Shown: positions 30,830-40,005 of the stretch, one piece after another
Layout of the letters: each line of letters begins with the position of its first letter
Position numbering within the stretch: the first letter of the stretch is position 1
Assembly (NCBI GenBank): GCA_965279565.1
Contig: OZ257249.1
Coordinates: 1,040,496-1,104,495 of the forward strand
Source of the DNA: Tagaea sp.
GTDB lineage: Bacteria > Pseudomonadota > Alphaproteobacteria > CACIAM-22H2
Direction: 5' to 3'
DNA: 64,000 nucleotides
Program-made: the position numbers and the translations under genes
The notes under the pieces: model-generated
Told to the model about the DNA's origin: nothing
The model's input: only the letters and a program-made list of their open reading frames with translations
Database searches by the model: none

Positions 30830-31893
30830 TCCACGTCCAGCACCTGCTCGGCACCGGCCATGCGCGACGCATGGCCGCGATCGCGGCGGCGTGCGCGAAG
30901 CACGGTCACGATGTCGTGCTCGCAAGCGGCGGCATGAAGCTTGGTCTCGCGACCGGTGCCGCGAAGCTCGTGCAGCTTCCGGCGATGCGCGCGATCGACG
31001 CGACCTTCGCCACGCTCGTGGATGCGCAAGGACGCGCGGTCGACGATGCGTGGCGCACGGCGCGGCACGACGCCACGCTGGCGCTGTTCGACTCGTTCCG
31101 CCCCGACCTGCTGGTCGTCGAGCTCTATCCGTTCGGCCGTTCGATGCTGCGCTTCGAGCTTGAACCGCTGCTGGAACGCGCGCGGCGCATTCCGCGCCTG
31201 TGTTCGGTGCGCGACGTGCTGCAGCGGCCCGACGGATCGAAGGCCGCCGCGCGCGTGGAATCCGCGAAGCGCTTCAACGGCGTGCTCGTGCATGGCGATG
31301 CGAAGCTGCTCGCTTTGCCCGACAGCTGGCCCGAATGTGCCGATCTCGGCGAACGGCTGCATTACACCGGCTACGTGCCGGGCGATCCGGGCGTGACGGC
31401 GAACTCACGCGATGAGATTGTCGTGTCGGTCGGCGGCGGGGCGGCAGGCGCGAAGCTCGTTGCGGCAGCACGCGCCCTTGCCGCGCGCCGCGCGCATGCG
31501 GGCGAACGCTGGCGCATCCGGACCGGCGAAGATGCGCCTGCGCTCGCAGCACCCAATCCCCATGTCGTCGTCGAGCCCAACAGGCGCGATTTCCCCGACC
31601 TGCTGGCACATGCCCGCCTGTCGGTGAGCCAGGCCGGCTACAATACGTGTGTGGACCTGCTGCGCGCGGGCTGCCGGGCCGTCCTCGTTCCGTTCGCCGA
31701 AGCACGCGAGCGCGAGCAGACGATCCGCGCCGCCGCATTCGCGCGGCACGGCTGGGCGTCGGTCTGCGCCGAGGCCGACCTGTCGGCCGACACGCTCGGT
31801 GCCGCGATCGACGCCGCACCGGTGCCGCCGGCCCATCGGATCGCTTGCGATGGAGCCGTGCAAACGGCCAAACTCCTGACAAGATGGCTATGA
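30814..31893 (+). CDS. Glycosyltransferase, GT28/MurG-like C-terminal domain (COG4671-type predicted GT).
   Basis: MAKILIHVQHLLGTGHARRMAAIAAACAKHGHDVVL, plus a C-terminal half with GT-B nucleotide-binding features (LSVSQAGYNTCVDLLRAGCRAVLVPF). Confidence 0.6.
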   Translation: MAKILIHVQHLLGTGHARRMAAIAAACAKHGHDVVLASGGMKLGLATGAAKLVQLPAMRAIDATFATLVDAQGRAVDDAWRTARHDATLALFDSFRPDLLVVELYPFGRSMLRFELEPLLERARRIPRLCSVRDVLQRPDGSKAAARVESAKRFNGVLVHGDAKLLALPDSWPECADLGERLHYTGYVPGDPGVTANSRDEIVVSVGGGAAGAKLVAAARALAARRAHAGERWRIRTGEDAPALAAPNPHVVVEPNRRDFPDLLAHARLSVSQAGYNTCVDLLRAGCRAVLVPFAEAREREQTIRAAAFARHGWASVCAEADLSADTLGAAIDAAPVPPAHRIACDGAVQTAKLLTRWL

Positions 31894-32651
31894 TCCCGCC
31901 CCCGGCCGACTGGGCCGACCTCGACCGCACCCTCGACGCGTATGCCGCCGCCGGCAAGACGGCGACCTGGTGGTGGCGCGACGACGACGCCACGCATCCT
32001 ACGCCCGCACTCGACAGGCTGCTCGCGCTTGCCCCCGACGTGCCGCTCGTGCTGGCCGTGATCCCGGCGCGCGCGCAGCCCGAGCTCGCCGAACGGCTGA
32101 AGACGGCACCGGCCGCGCGCGTCTGCCTGCATGGCTGGAACCACTGGAACCATGCACCGCTCGGCGAGCCGAAGGCCGAGCTGGGCGCCCACCGGCCGAC
32201 TTCCTACGTGCTGGGCGAGCTCGCGCGCGGCTGGATGCGGCTCACGCAGATCTTCCCCAACGCGATGACGCTGCTCGTCCCGCCGCACAATCGCGTGGCG
32301 CCTTCGGTCGCCGCCGGCCTGCGTGGTGCGGGCATTCGCGCATTGTCGACTTACGGTGCGCGCAAGAACGTGCCGGCCGGTATTGCGCAGACGAACACGC
32401 ATACCGACATCATGGACTGGGGGACGCGCGCCTTCATCGGCGAGGGGCCCGCACTCGGCGCGCTCGTAGCACATTTCAAGGCGCGCCTTGCGGGCACGGC
32501 CGATCCCGGGGAAGCGACGGGCGTTCTCAGCCATCATCTTGCACACGACGAGGGTGCGTGGCGCTTCCTCGCCACGCTGATCGCGCAGCTGAAGGCGCAT
32601 CGCGCGACACGGGTGCTCGACCCGCGCGACATTTTCGCCGCTTCGGCATGA
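31884..32651 (+). CDS. Polysaccharide deacetylase-like (CE4/NodB-homology) protein.
   Basis: WWWRDDDATHP fits the Asp-Asp metal motif and CLHGWNHWNH the His-x-x-x-x-His motif. ATGA overlap with the upstream GT stop. Assignment from short motifs only. Confidence 0.45.
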   Translation: MAMIPPPADWADLDRTLDAYAAAGKTATWWWRDDDATHPTPALDRLLALAPDVPLVLAVIPARAQPELAERLKTAPAARVCLHGWNHWNHAPLGEPKAELGAHRPTSYVLGELARGWMRLTQIFPNAMTLLVPPHNRVAPSVAAGLRGAGIRALSTYGARKNVPAGIAQTNTHTDIMDWGTRAFIGEGPALGALVAHFKARLAGTADPGEATGVLSHHLAHDEGAWRFLATLIAQLKAHRATRVLDPRDIFAASA

Positions 32652-33139
32652 ACCGGCTTTCCTATCCCGTGCGCGCGACATACGGCGACTACGCGCGCGC
32701 GGCCGTCGGCCTCCTGTTCACGCTGGGTCCGGCACTGGCGATCGGGCAGTGGAGCTACGCCCACTGGCTGCTGCTGCCTCTTGCCGGCCTGTTCGGCGTA
32801 TTCGCGTTCCGCACTTGGCGGCGCGGCCGAACCGTCATCGAATGGGACGATACGGGTCTATCGATTTCGGGCGGCGGGCGGGCTAGTCTGCCGTGGTCGG
32901 AGCTGGTTTCGCTCAAGCTCGCGTTCTACGCGACGGGGCGCGACCGCACGGGGGGCTGGATGCAACTGACGCTACGCGGCAACGGCGCGAAAGTGCTCGC
33001 GGATTCGGGTGCGGAGAATTTCCCCGCCTTCGCCGCGCGCTGTGCGGCGGCGGCCCAGGCGAAGAACCTGACGCTCGACACCGCGACGCGCGCCAATTTC
33101 GCCTCGCTCGGCATCCGGCTTGCCGGGGACGCGGCATGA
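32648..33139 (+). CDS. Small hypothetical membrane protein (163 aa).
   Basis: Two hydrophobic segments (AAVGLLFTLGPALAIGQW; LLLPLAGLFGVFAF). It is ATGA-coupled to genes on both sides. Confidence 0.45.
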   Translation: MNRLSYPVRATYGDYARAAVGLLFTLGPALAIGQWSYAHWLLLPLAGLFGVFAFRTWRRGRTVIEWDDTGLSISGGGRASLPWSELVSLKLAFYATGRDRTGGWMQLTLRGNGAKVLADSGAENFPAFAARCAAAAQAKNLTLDTATRANFASLGIRLAGDAA

Positions 33140-35058
33140 ACCTTCTCGAAGTCCGCGACCTGGCGATCGATTTCCGCGTGCACAACACGCACGTGAAAGC
33201 GGTCGACGGCGTGGACTTCCGCGTGCGGCCCGGCACGACGGTCGCCATCGTCGGCGAATCGGGTTCGGGCAAGACTGTCATCAGCCAGTCCGCACTCGGC
33301 ATCCTGCCCAAGGTCGGGCGCATCAGCCGCGGCTCGATGCTTTTCCGCGACCGGGGCAACGAGATCGATCTCGCGAAGCTCGATCCGGACGGGGCGGAAT
33401 TCCGCAAGCTGCGTGGCGGGCGCATCTCGATCATCTTCCAGGAACCGATGACGTCGCTGTCGCCGCTGCACACGGTCGGCGACCAGATTTCGGAAGCCGT
33501 GCGCCTGCACCAGTCGGACGACCCGAAGCTCGCACTCGAGCTGGCCGAGGACATGCTGCGTCGCGTGGGTTTCCCCAATCCGGCGAAGGCGCTGGTCACG
33601 TATCCGTTCGAGCTTTCGGGCGGCCTGCGCCAGCGCGCGATGATCGCAATGGCGCTGGTGTGCCGGCCGGCCCTGCTGATCGCCGACGAGCCGACCACCG
33701 CCCTCGACGTGACGATCCAGGCGCAGATCCTTAAGCTGCTGAAGGACCTGCAGCAGGATCTCGGCATGGCCATCCTGCTGATCACGCACGATCTGGGCGT
33801 CGTCGCCAACATGGCCGACGAGGTCGTCGTCATGTATCGCGGCCGCGTGATGGAATCGGGCATGCGCGAGGACATCTTCCGCCGGCCCGAGCATCCCTAT
33901 CTGAAGGCGCTGCTGCACGCGGTCCCGCGCTTCGACATGGCGCCGGGCGAGAAGCTCGTCCCGCTGCGCGAGATCAAGTCCGACATCGGCTCGATGATGC
34001 GCAAGGGGACCGGCGAGGCCAACGCGCGCGTCGCGAACAAGGGCCCCGCCCCCGGTGCTATCGACCGGCGGGCACCCGTGCTGTCGGTGCGCAACCTGCG
34101 CAAGTCCTACACGATCCGCAAGTCGGGCTTCCTGGGTGCGGGCAAGCCGCAGTCGGTGCTGGCGGTCGACGACATCAGCTTCGACGTGTTCCGCGGCGAA
34201 TGCCTCGGCCTTGTCGGCGAATCGGGCTGCGGCAAGACGACCGTGTCGAAGATGGTCATGCGCGCGCTGACGCCGGATTCCGGCAAGGTCGTGTTCGAGG
34301 GGCGCGACGTCCACACGCTGGAAGGCGACGACCTGTTCGAGTACCGCCGCCAGGTCCAGTTCGTGTTCCAGGACCCGTTCGGCTCGCTCAATCCGCGCAT
34401 GACGGTGTTCGACATCGTCTCCGAGCCGCTGGTCATCCACGCGATCGGCGACGCCGCCTCGCGCCGCGCCACGGTCAGCGAGCTGATGCGCGTCGTCGGG
34501 CTCGACGACCGCGCGCTCAACCGCTATCCGCACTCGTTCTCCGGCGGGCAGCGCCAGCGCATCGGCATCGCGCGGGCGCTGGCCCTCGGGCCCGAGATGC
34601 TGCTGCTCGACGAACCGGTCTCCGCCCTCGACGTGTCGATCCAGGCGCAGGTGCTGAACCTGCTCAAGGACCTCAAGAAGGCGCTCGGCCTCACCTACGT
34701 GTTCGTCAGCCACAATCTCGCGGTCGTCGACTACATGGCCGACCGCATCGCGGTGATGTGCGCGGGCCGGCTGGTCGAGGTCGCGCCGCGCGCCGCCCTC
34801 TTCAAGGCGCCGATCCATCCCTATACGCAGGCCCTGCTCGCGGCCGTGCCCGAGCCGGACATCGACCGGCCGCTCGACCTGACGGCACTGATGGAGGGCC
34901 GCGCCTCGATCCCGTCCGCCTGGCCCGCCCCCTTCACGATCGACGAGGCGGCCGATGTCGGCTTCATCGATCTGGGCCAGGGACATTTCGTGCGCGCCGC
35001 CATCGGCACGTCGCCTTCCACATTGCGTGCCTGCGCACGCCCGCGGGAGCTCGCATGA
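33136..35058 (+). CDS. yejF: ABC transporter ATP-binding protein with duplicated ATPase cassettes (YejF/DppDF-like).
   Basis: Two Walker A sites (GESGSGKT; GESGCGKT) and two LSGGxxQR signatures (LSGGLRQR; FSGGQRQR). Confidence 0.85.
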   Translation: MNLLEVRDLAIDFRVHNTHVKAVDGVDFRVRPGTTVAIVGESGSGKTVISQSALGILPKVGRISRGSMLFRDRGNEIDLAKLDPDGAEFRKLRGGRISIIFQEPMTSLSPLHTVGDQISEAVRLHQSDDPKLALELAEDMLRRVGFPNPAKALVTYPFELSGGLRQRAMIAMALVCRPALLIADEPTTALDVTIQAQILKLLKDLQQDLGMAILLITHDLGVVANMADEVVVMYRGRVMESGMREDIFRRPEHPYLKALLHAVPRFDMAPGEKLVPLREIKSDIGSMMRKGTGEANARVANKGPAPGAIDRRAPVLSVRNLRKSYTIRKSGFLGAGKPQSVLAVDDISFDVFRGECLGLVGESGCGKTTVSKMVMRALTPDSGKVVFEGRDVHTLEGDDLFEYRRQVQFVFQDPFGSLNPRMTVFDIVSEPLVIHAIGDAASRRATVSELMRVVGLDDRALNRYPHSFSGGQRQRIGIARALALGPEMLLLDEPVSALDVSIQAQVLNLLKDLKKALGLTYVFVSHNLAVVDYMADRIAVMCAGRLVEVAPRAALFKAPIHPYTQALLAAVPEPDIDRPLDLTALMEGRASIPSAWPAPFTIDEAADVGFIDLGQGHFVRAAIGTSPSTLRACARPRELA

Positions 35059-36989
35059 TCCGTCCGGTCCGCCTCTTCGCCGCCGCCCTCATCGCCTGCG
35101 TTTCGGCATCGGCGTTCGCGGCACCCTACCGGGAAACGCCGTGGATGGCCGACGACGTCGCCGCCGGCCGCTTCCCGCCGGTGGAAAAACGCCTGCCGGC
35201 GGTTCCGCTGGTGATCGCGCCCACGCGCGCGGACTGGGTGCCGGGCCGGCACGGCGGCGAGCTGCGCATGCTGTCGGGCCGCGCGCAGGACGTGCGGCTG
35301 ATGTCGGTCTACGGCTATGCGCGTCTCGTCGGCTTCGACGCCGACCTCAAGCTGCGCGCCGACATCCTCGAAGCGGTCGAGAACGAAGGCGACCGCGTCT
35401 TCACGATGCGCCTGCGCGAGGGCCATCGCTGGTCCGACGGAAAGCCGTTTACGTCCGAGGATTTCCGCTACTACTGGGAGGACGTCGCGAACAGCAAGGA
35501 ACTGTCGCCCGGCGGACCGCCCAAGGCGCTGCTGGTCGACGGCAAGCCGCCGCGCGTGAGCTTTCCCGACGCGCGCACGGTGCGCTATGCGTGGGACGGG
35601 CCGAACCCCGGCTTCCTGCCGGCGATCGCGGGGCCCGCCCCGCTCGTGATCTACCGTCCGTCGCACTACATGAAGGGCTTCCACGCGCGCTATGCCGAGC
35701 GCGAGGTGCTGGTGCAGGCCGCCCGGCGCGCCAACGCGCGCAACTGGGCCCAGCTCCACAACCGGCTCGACAATCTCAACCGCAACGACAATCCGGACCT
35801 GCCCACGCTCGACCCGTGGGTCGTGCGCACGCGCGCCCCGTCCGAGCGCTTCGTGTTCGAGCGCAACCCCTATTACCACCGCGTCGACATCGAGGGCCGC
35901 CAGCTTCCCTATATCGACCGCGTCATCATGAACGTGGCCGACGGCAAGATCCTGTCGGCCAAGACCGGCTCGGGCGAGGCCGACCTGCAGGCGCGCGGCC
36001 TGACCTTCGCGAACTACACGTTCCTGCGCCAGGCCGGCAAGCGCAACGAGTTCGAGACCGTGCTGTGGGACACGGCCAAGGGCGCGCAGATCGCCCTCTA
36101 TCCCAATCTCAACGTCAACGATCCGGAATGGCGGGCACTGATGCGCGACCTGCGCTTCCGGCGTGCGCTGTCGCTCGCGATCGACCGCAAGGAAGTGAAC
36201 CAGGTCGTCTATTTCGGGCTCGCGATCGAGGGTGCGAACACCGTGCTGCCCGGCAGCCCGATCTACGACGCGAAGTACCGCAGTGCTTGGCACCGGCTCG
36301 ACCTGCGCGAGGCAAACCGGCTGCTCGACGAGATCGGCCTGACGAAGCGCGATTCGCGCGGCGTGCGCCTGATGCAAGACGGCCGCCCGCTCGAGATCGT
36401 CGTCGAGACCGCGGGCGAGGACGTCGAGCAGGTCGACGTGCTGGAGCTGGTGCACGATTCGTGGATGCGGGCGGGCGTGAAGCTCTATTCGCGCCCGCAG
36501 CAGCGCGAGATCTTCCGCAACCGCATCTTCGCGGGCGAGACGAAGATGAGCGTGTGGTTCGGTCTGGAAAACGCCGTCGCCACGCCCGACTTCTCGCCCG
36601 AGGAACTCGCCCCGGTTTCCCAGCAGGGCCTGCAATGGCCCAAATGGGGTCAGCACTACGAGACGGGCGGCAAGTCCGGCGAGCCGATCGACATGGCGGC
36701 AGCCAAGGAACTGATGGCGCTCAACGACGCCTGGCGCACCACGGCGGGTGCGGCCGCCCGCGCCGAGATCTGGCGCAAGATGCTGGCGATCCACGCCGAC
36801 AACGTGTTCTCGATCGGCATCGTCGCGAACGTGCGCCAGCCGGTCGTCATCTCCAGGCGCCTGCGCAACGTCCCGCGCCAGGGCGTGTGGAACTGGGACC
36901 CGGGCGCCTTCTTCGGCATCCACAACATGGATGCGTTCTGGTTCGACGAGCAGCCGCAGCCGCGCACGGCTGCCGCACCTCAGCGCTGA
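35055..36989 (+). CDS. yejA: ABC transporter periplasmic substrate-binding protein, SBP family 5 (YejA-like oligopeptide/muropeptide binder).
   Basis: Signal peptide MIRPVRLFAAALIACVSASAFA. A roughly 620 aa mature SBP_bac_5 protein (LRMLSGRAQDVRLMSVYGYARLVGFD..). Confidence 0.85.
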   Translation: MIRPVRLFAAALIACVSASAFAAPYRETPWMADDVAAGRFPPVEKRLPAVPLVIAPTRADWVPGRHGGELRMLSGRAQDVRLMSVYGYARLVGFDADLKLRADILEAVENEGDRVFTMRLREGHRWSDGKPFTSEDFRYYWEDVANSKELSPGGPPKALLVDGKPPRVSFPDARTVRYAWDGPNPGFLPAIAGPAPLVIYRPSHYMKGFHARYAEREVLVQAARRANARNWAQLHNRLDNLNRNDNPDLPTLDPWVVRTRAPSERFVFERNPYYHRVDIEGRQLPYIDRVIMNVADGKILSAKTGSGEADLQARGLTFANYTFLRQAGKRNEFETVLWDTAKGAQIALYPNLNVNDPEWRALMRDLRFRRALSLAIDRKEVNQVVYFGLAIEGANTVLPGSPIYDAKYRSAWHRLDLREANRLLDEIGLTKRDSRGVRLMQDGRPLEIVVETAGEDVEQVDVLELVHDSWMRAGVKLYSRPQQREIFRNRIFAGETKMSVWFGLENAVATPDFSPEELAPVSQQGLQWPKWGQHYETGGKSGEPIDMAAAKELMALNDAWRTTAGAAARAEIWRKMLAIHADNVFSIGIVANVRQPVVISRRLRNVPRQGVWNWDPGAFFGIHNMDAFWFDEQPQPRTAAAPQR

Positions 36990-37012
36990 CGGCGACGGAG
37001 ACCGGCAAGAGC

Positions 37013-38011
37013 ATGTTCGCCTATCTCGTCCGCCGACTTCTCGTGATGGTGCCCACGCTGCTGGCGATCAGCGCGATCGTCTTCACGATCATCCAGCTTC
37101 CGCCGGGCGACTACCTGTCGACCCTGATCGCCGAGCTGCAGTCGCAGGGCGAAGCTGCGAATCTGGAGCGCATCGAGTTCCTGCGCCAGCAATACGGGCT
37201 CGACCGCTCGCCGGTCGAACAGTATTTCCACTGGCTGTTCGGGATGCTGCACGGCGATCTCGGCTGGTCGTTCGAGTACAACCTGCCCGTCGCGCACGTG
37301 ATCGGCGACCGGCTGGTGCTGTCGTTCCTCGTCGCGTTCGTGACCGTGATCTTCACCTATGCGGTCGCGTTCCCCATCGGCATCTATTCGGCCACGCACC
37401 AGTATTCGTGGGGCGACTACGGGCTGACGCTGCTCGGCTTCCTCGGCCTCGCCACGCCGTCGTTCCTGCTCGCGCTCGTGATGCTCTATCTCGCGAACAT
37501 CTGGTTCGGCACGTCGATCGGCGGGCTGATGGACCCCGAGTTCGTCGACCAGCCGATGAGCTGGGGCAAGTTCGCGTCGGTGCTCGAGCATCTGTGGATC
37601 CCGGTCATCGTGATCGGCACGTCGGGCACGGCCGCGATGATCCGCCGCCTGCGCGCCAACCTGCTCGACGAGCTGCAGAAGCAGTACGTGACGACCGCGC
37701 GCGCCAAGGGCCTGCCGCCGCGCCGCGCACTGCTCAAGTACCCGCTGCGCATGTCGCTCAACCCCTTCATCTCCGACATCGGCGACCTGCTGCCGCACAT
37801 GATCTCGGGGGCCGCCATCGTGTCGGTCGTCATGTCGCTGCCGACGAACGGGCCGATGCTGCTGTCGGCCCTGCGCAGCCAGGACATGTACCTCGCCGGC
37901 TCGTTCCTGATGATCGAGGCGGTGCTGATCGTCGTCGGCGTGTTCCTGTCGGATCTGGCGCTGGCAGCCCTCGATCCGCGCATCCGGCTGCATGGCGGGG
38001 CGACGAAATGA
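37013..38011 (+). CDS. yejB: ABC transporter permease (YejB/DppB-like).
   Basis: BPD_transp_1 EAA-like motif VTTARAKGLPPRRALLKYPLR, six TM segments. Confidence 0.85.
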   Translation: MFAYLVRRLLVMVPTLLAISAIVFTIIQLPPGDYLSTLIAELQSQGEAANLERIEFLRQQYGLDRSPVEQYFHWLFGMLHGDLGWSFEYNLPVAHVIGDRLVLSFLVAFVTVIFTYAVAFPIGIYSATHQYSWGDYGLTLLGFLGLATPSFLLALVMLYLANIWFGTSIGGLMDPEFVDQPMSWGKFASVLEHLWIPVIVIGTSGTAAMIRRLRANLLDELQKQYVTTARAKGLPPRRALLKYPLRMSLNPFISDIGDLLPHMISGAAIVSVVMSLPTNGPMLLSALRSQDMYLAGSFLMIEAVLIVVGVFLSDLALAALDPRIRLHGGATK

Positions 38012-39180
38012 CCGACGCGCCCGCTTCCGGCGACAGGCTCGCGCACTATGTGCGCCGCGAACCGTTCGACGCCTACGACGGCGAGAAGACGGACCCGTCG
38101 CTCGAAAACTACTACATGGCCACGCAGTGGAAGCTGATGTGGTGGAAGCTCAAGCGCCACAAGCTTGCCCTGTGGTCGGGCGCGTTCCTGCTCGTCATGT
38201 ACCTGTCGATCCTCGTCAGCGAGCTGATCGCCCCCTATTCGCTGGCCACGCGCAACACCGACTTCATCTACGCGCCGCCGCAGGCCGTGCATCTGTGGCA
38301 CGAGGGCCGGTTCGTCGGCCCGTTCGTGTACGGGCTCGACTATTCGCTCGACATGGACACGCTCAAGCGCAACTACGTGCCCAATCCCGACAAGGTGCAG
38401 CCGATCCGCTTCTTCTGCCGCGGCGAGAGCTACGAGTGGATGGGCCTGGTCGAGGGCAGCCTCCATTTCATATGCCCGGCCGAGGACGGCACGCTGTTCC
38501 TGATGGGAACCGACCGGCTCGGGCGCGACATGTTCAGCCGACTCGCCTACGGTACCCGCATTTCGCTGACGATCGGGCTGATCGGCGTGACGATCAAGTT
38601 CGTGCTGGGAATCGTGCTGGGCGGGCTTGCCGGCTATTACGGCGGCTGGGTCGACATGGTGATCCAGCGCGTGATCGAGATCATCCGCTCCTTCCCCGAG
38701 CTGCCTTTGTGGATGGCGCTGTCGGCGTCGCTGCCCGTCTCGTGGAGCCCGCTCTACATCTATTTCGGCATCACGCTGATCCTCGGCCTGATCGGCTGGA
38801 CGGGGCTGGGGCGCGCCGTGCGCTCGAAGCTGCTGAGCCTGCGCGAGGAGGATTTCTGCACGGCGGCGAACCTGATGGGGGCCAAGCCGCGGCGCATCAT
38901 CTTCCGCCATCTCGTGCCCAGCTTCATGAGCCACCTGATCGCATCGGCCACGCTGGCGATCCCGACGATGATCCTTGGCGAAACAGCGCTTTCGTTCCTG
39001 GGTCTCGGCCTGCGCCCGCCGATCACGTCGTGGGGCGTGCTGCTGACCGAGGCGCAGAACATCAACGTCGTGGCGCTCTATCCGTGGCTGCTGCTGCCGG
39101 TCCTCGCGGTGATCGCGACCGTGCTCGCCTTCAATTTCCTCGGCGACGGGCTGCGCGACGCGGCCGATCCCTACAAGTAG
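38008..39180 (+). CDS. yejE: ABC transporter permease (YejE/DppC-like).
   Basis: 390 aa, N-terminal extension plus a permease core (NLMGAKPRRIIFRHLVPSFMSHLI). ATGA overlap with yejB. Confidence 0.85.
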   Translation: MTDAPASGDRLAHYVRREPFDAYDGEKTDPSLENYYMATQWKLMWWKLKRHKLALWSGAFLLVMYLSILVSELIAPYSLATRNTDFIYAPPQAVHLWHEGRFVGPFVYGLDYSLDMDTLKRNYVPNPDKVQPIRFFCRGESYEWMGLVEGSLHFICPAEDGTLFLMGTDRLGRDMFSRLAYGTRISLTIGLIGVTIKFVLGIVLGGLAGYYGGWVDMVIQRVIEIIRSFPELPLWMALSASLPVSWSPLYIYFGITLILGLIGWTGLGRAVRSKLLSLREEDFCTAANLMGAKPRRIIFRHLVPSFMSHLIASATLAIPTMILGETALSFLGLGLRPPITSWGVLLTEAQNINVVALYPWLLLPVLAVIATVLAFNFLGDGLRDAADPYK

Positions 39181-40005
39181 TCAGCGCTTGGCCAGCCACA
39201 GGCTGGCCGCATGCGCAGCCTTCGGCATCGGGATCGCGTCGAGGCCGCGCGAAGCGATCTCGCCCTGCATGTTGCGCGCGATCCATGCCGAACCCCAGAC
39301 GAGATCGAAGCCGCTGCCGGCCAGCAGGGCCGCGACCGCGTTCTGCTCGTTGTAGCCGCGCCACGCCCAGTCGGCCGGATAGGGCTCGGGCAGGAAGATG
39401 TCGTGGAAATGCACGAGGGCGCCGGCCGGAAGTACTGGCAGGATGCGCCCCAGCACGTGGTCCACGTCGGTGCCCGGCATCAGGATGTGCGAGGAATCGA
39501 CGAACAGCACGTCGCCCGCGACCAGCGTGTCGAGCGCGCATTCGGTCTCCTCGAGCCGGTGGCGGTGCCACGTGACGGCGAGCCCCTCGAGCGTGGCGCG
39601 CGGATCGGGATCGATGCAGGTGATCTGCGTGGCGAGCTTTGCGTCGGCGACGGCGCGCGCGAGGAACCGGGTCGAATGGCCCGAGCCGATCTCGACGATG
39701 CGCTTGGGTCGGCGCGCGCGCACCAGCGCATAGGCGAAGGCCGCATCGAGGCCGGGGAACCAGTCCTGTTCCCAGCGCGGGGCCGGCGGCGCCGCGTTCC
39801 CGAAGGCGAGCAGCGTGTCGCGATGTGCCGCGATCGTGTCGAGACCGCCGAGGAACGTCGATCGGGCGGCCTCGAAACGGCGCGCGAGTGCGGGGTAGGT
39901 TTCCGGCGGGCGCACGCCGGCGGCGTGGCGATAGGGAATGAAGAAGCCGCGCGCCGTGCCCAGCAGCGTGGCGGCCTCGAACAGCAGGCGGCGGATCACG
40001 CTCAC
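39181..40005 (-). CDS. Class I SAM-dependent methyltransferase-like protein (TylF/CmcI/Methyltransf_24-like), GTG start overlapping the MBL gene stop.
   Basis: Glycine-rich motif I IVEIGSGHSTRFLA and acidic motif II ITCIDPDP. It ends one nt after the yejE stop on the opposite strand. Confidence 0.5.
   Translation of the reverse strand: MSVIRRLLFEAATLLGTARGFFIPYRHAAGVRPPETYPALARRFEAARSTFLGGLDTIAAHRDTLLAFGNAAPPAPRWEQDWFPGLDAAFAYALVRARRPKRIVEIGSGHSTRFLARAVADAKLATQITCIDPDPRATLEGLAVTWHRHRLEETECALDTLVAGDVLFVDSSHILMPGTDVDHVLGRILPVLPAGALVHFHDIFLPEPYPADWAWRGYNEQNAVAALLAGSGFDLVWGSAWIARNMQGEIASRGLDAIPMPKAAHAASLWLAKR

Noticed and set aside
32926-36923. Two long minus-strand ORFs (686 and 700 aa) over yejF and yejA.
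   Set aside because: They are antisense to unmistakable ABC ATPase and SBP genes and have biased composition.
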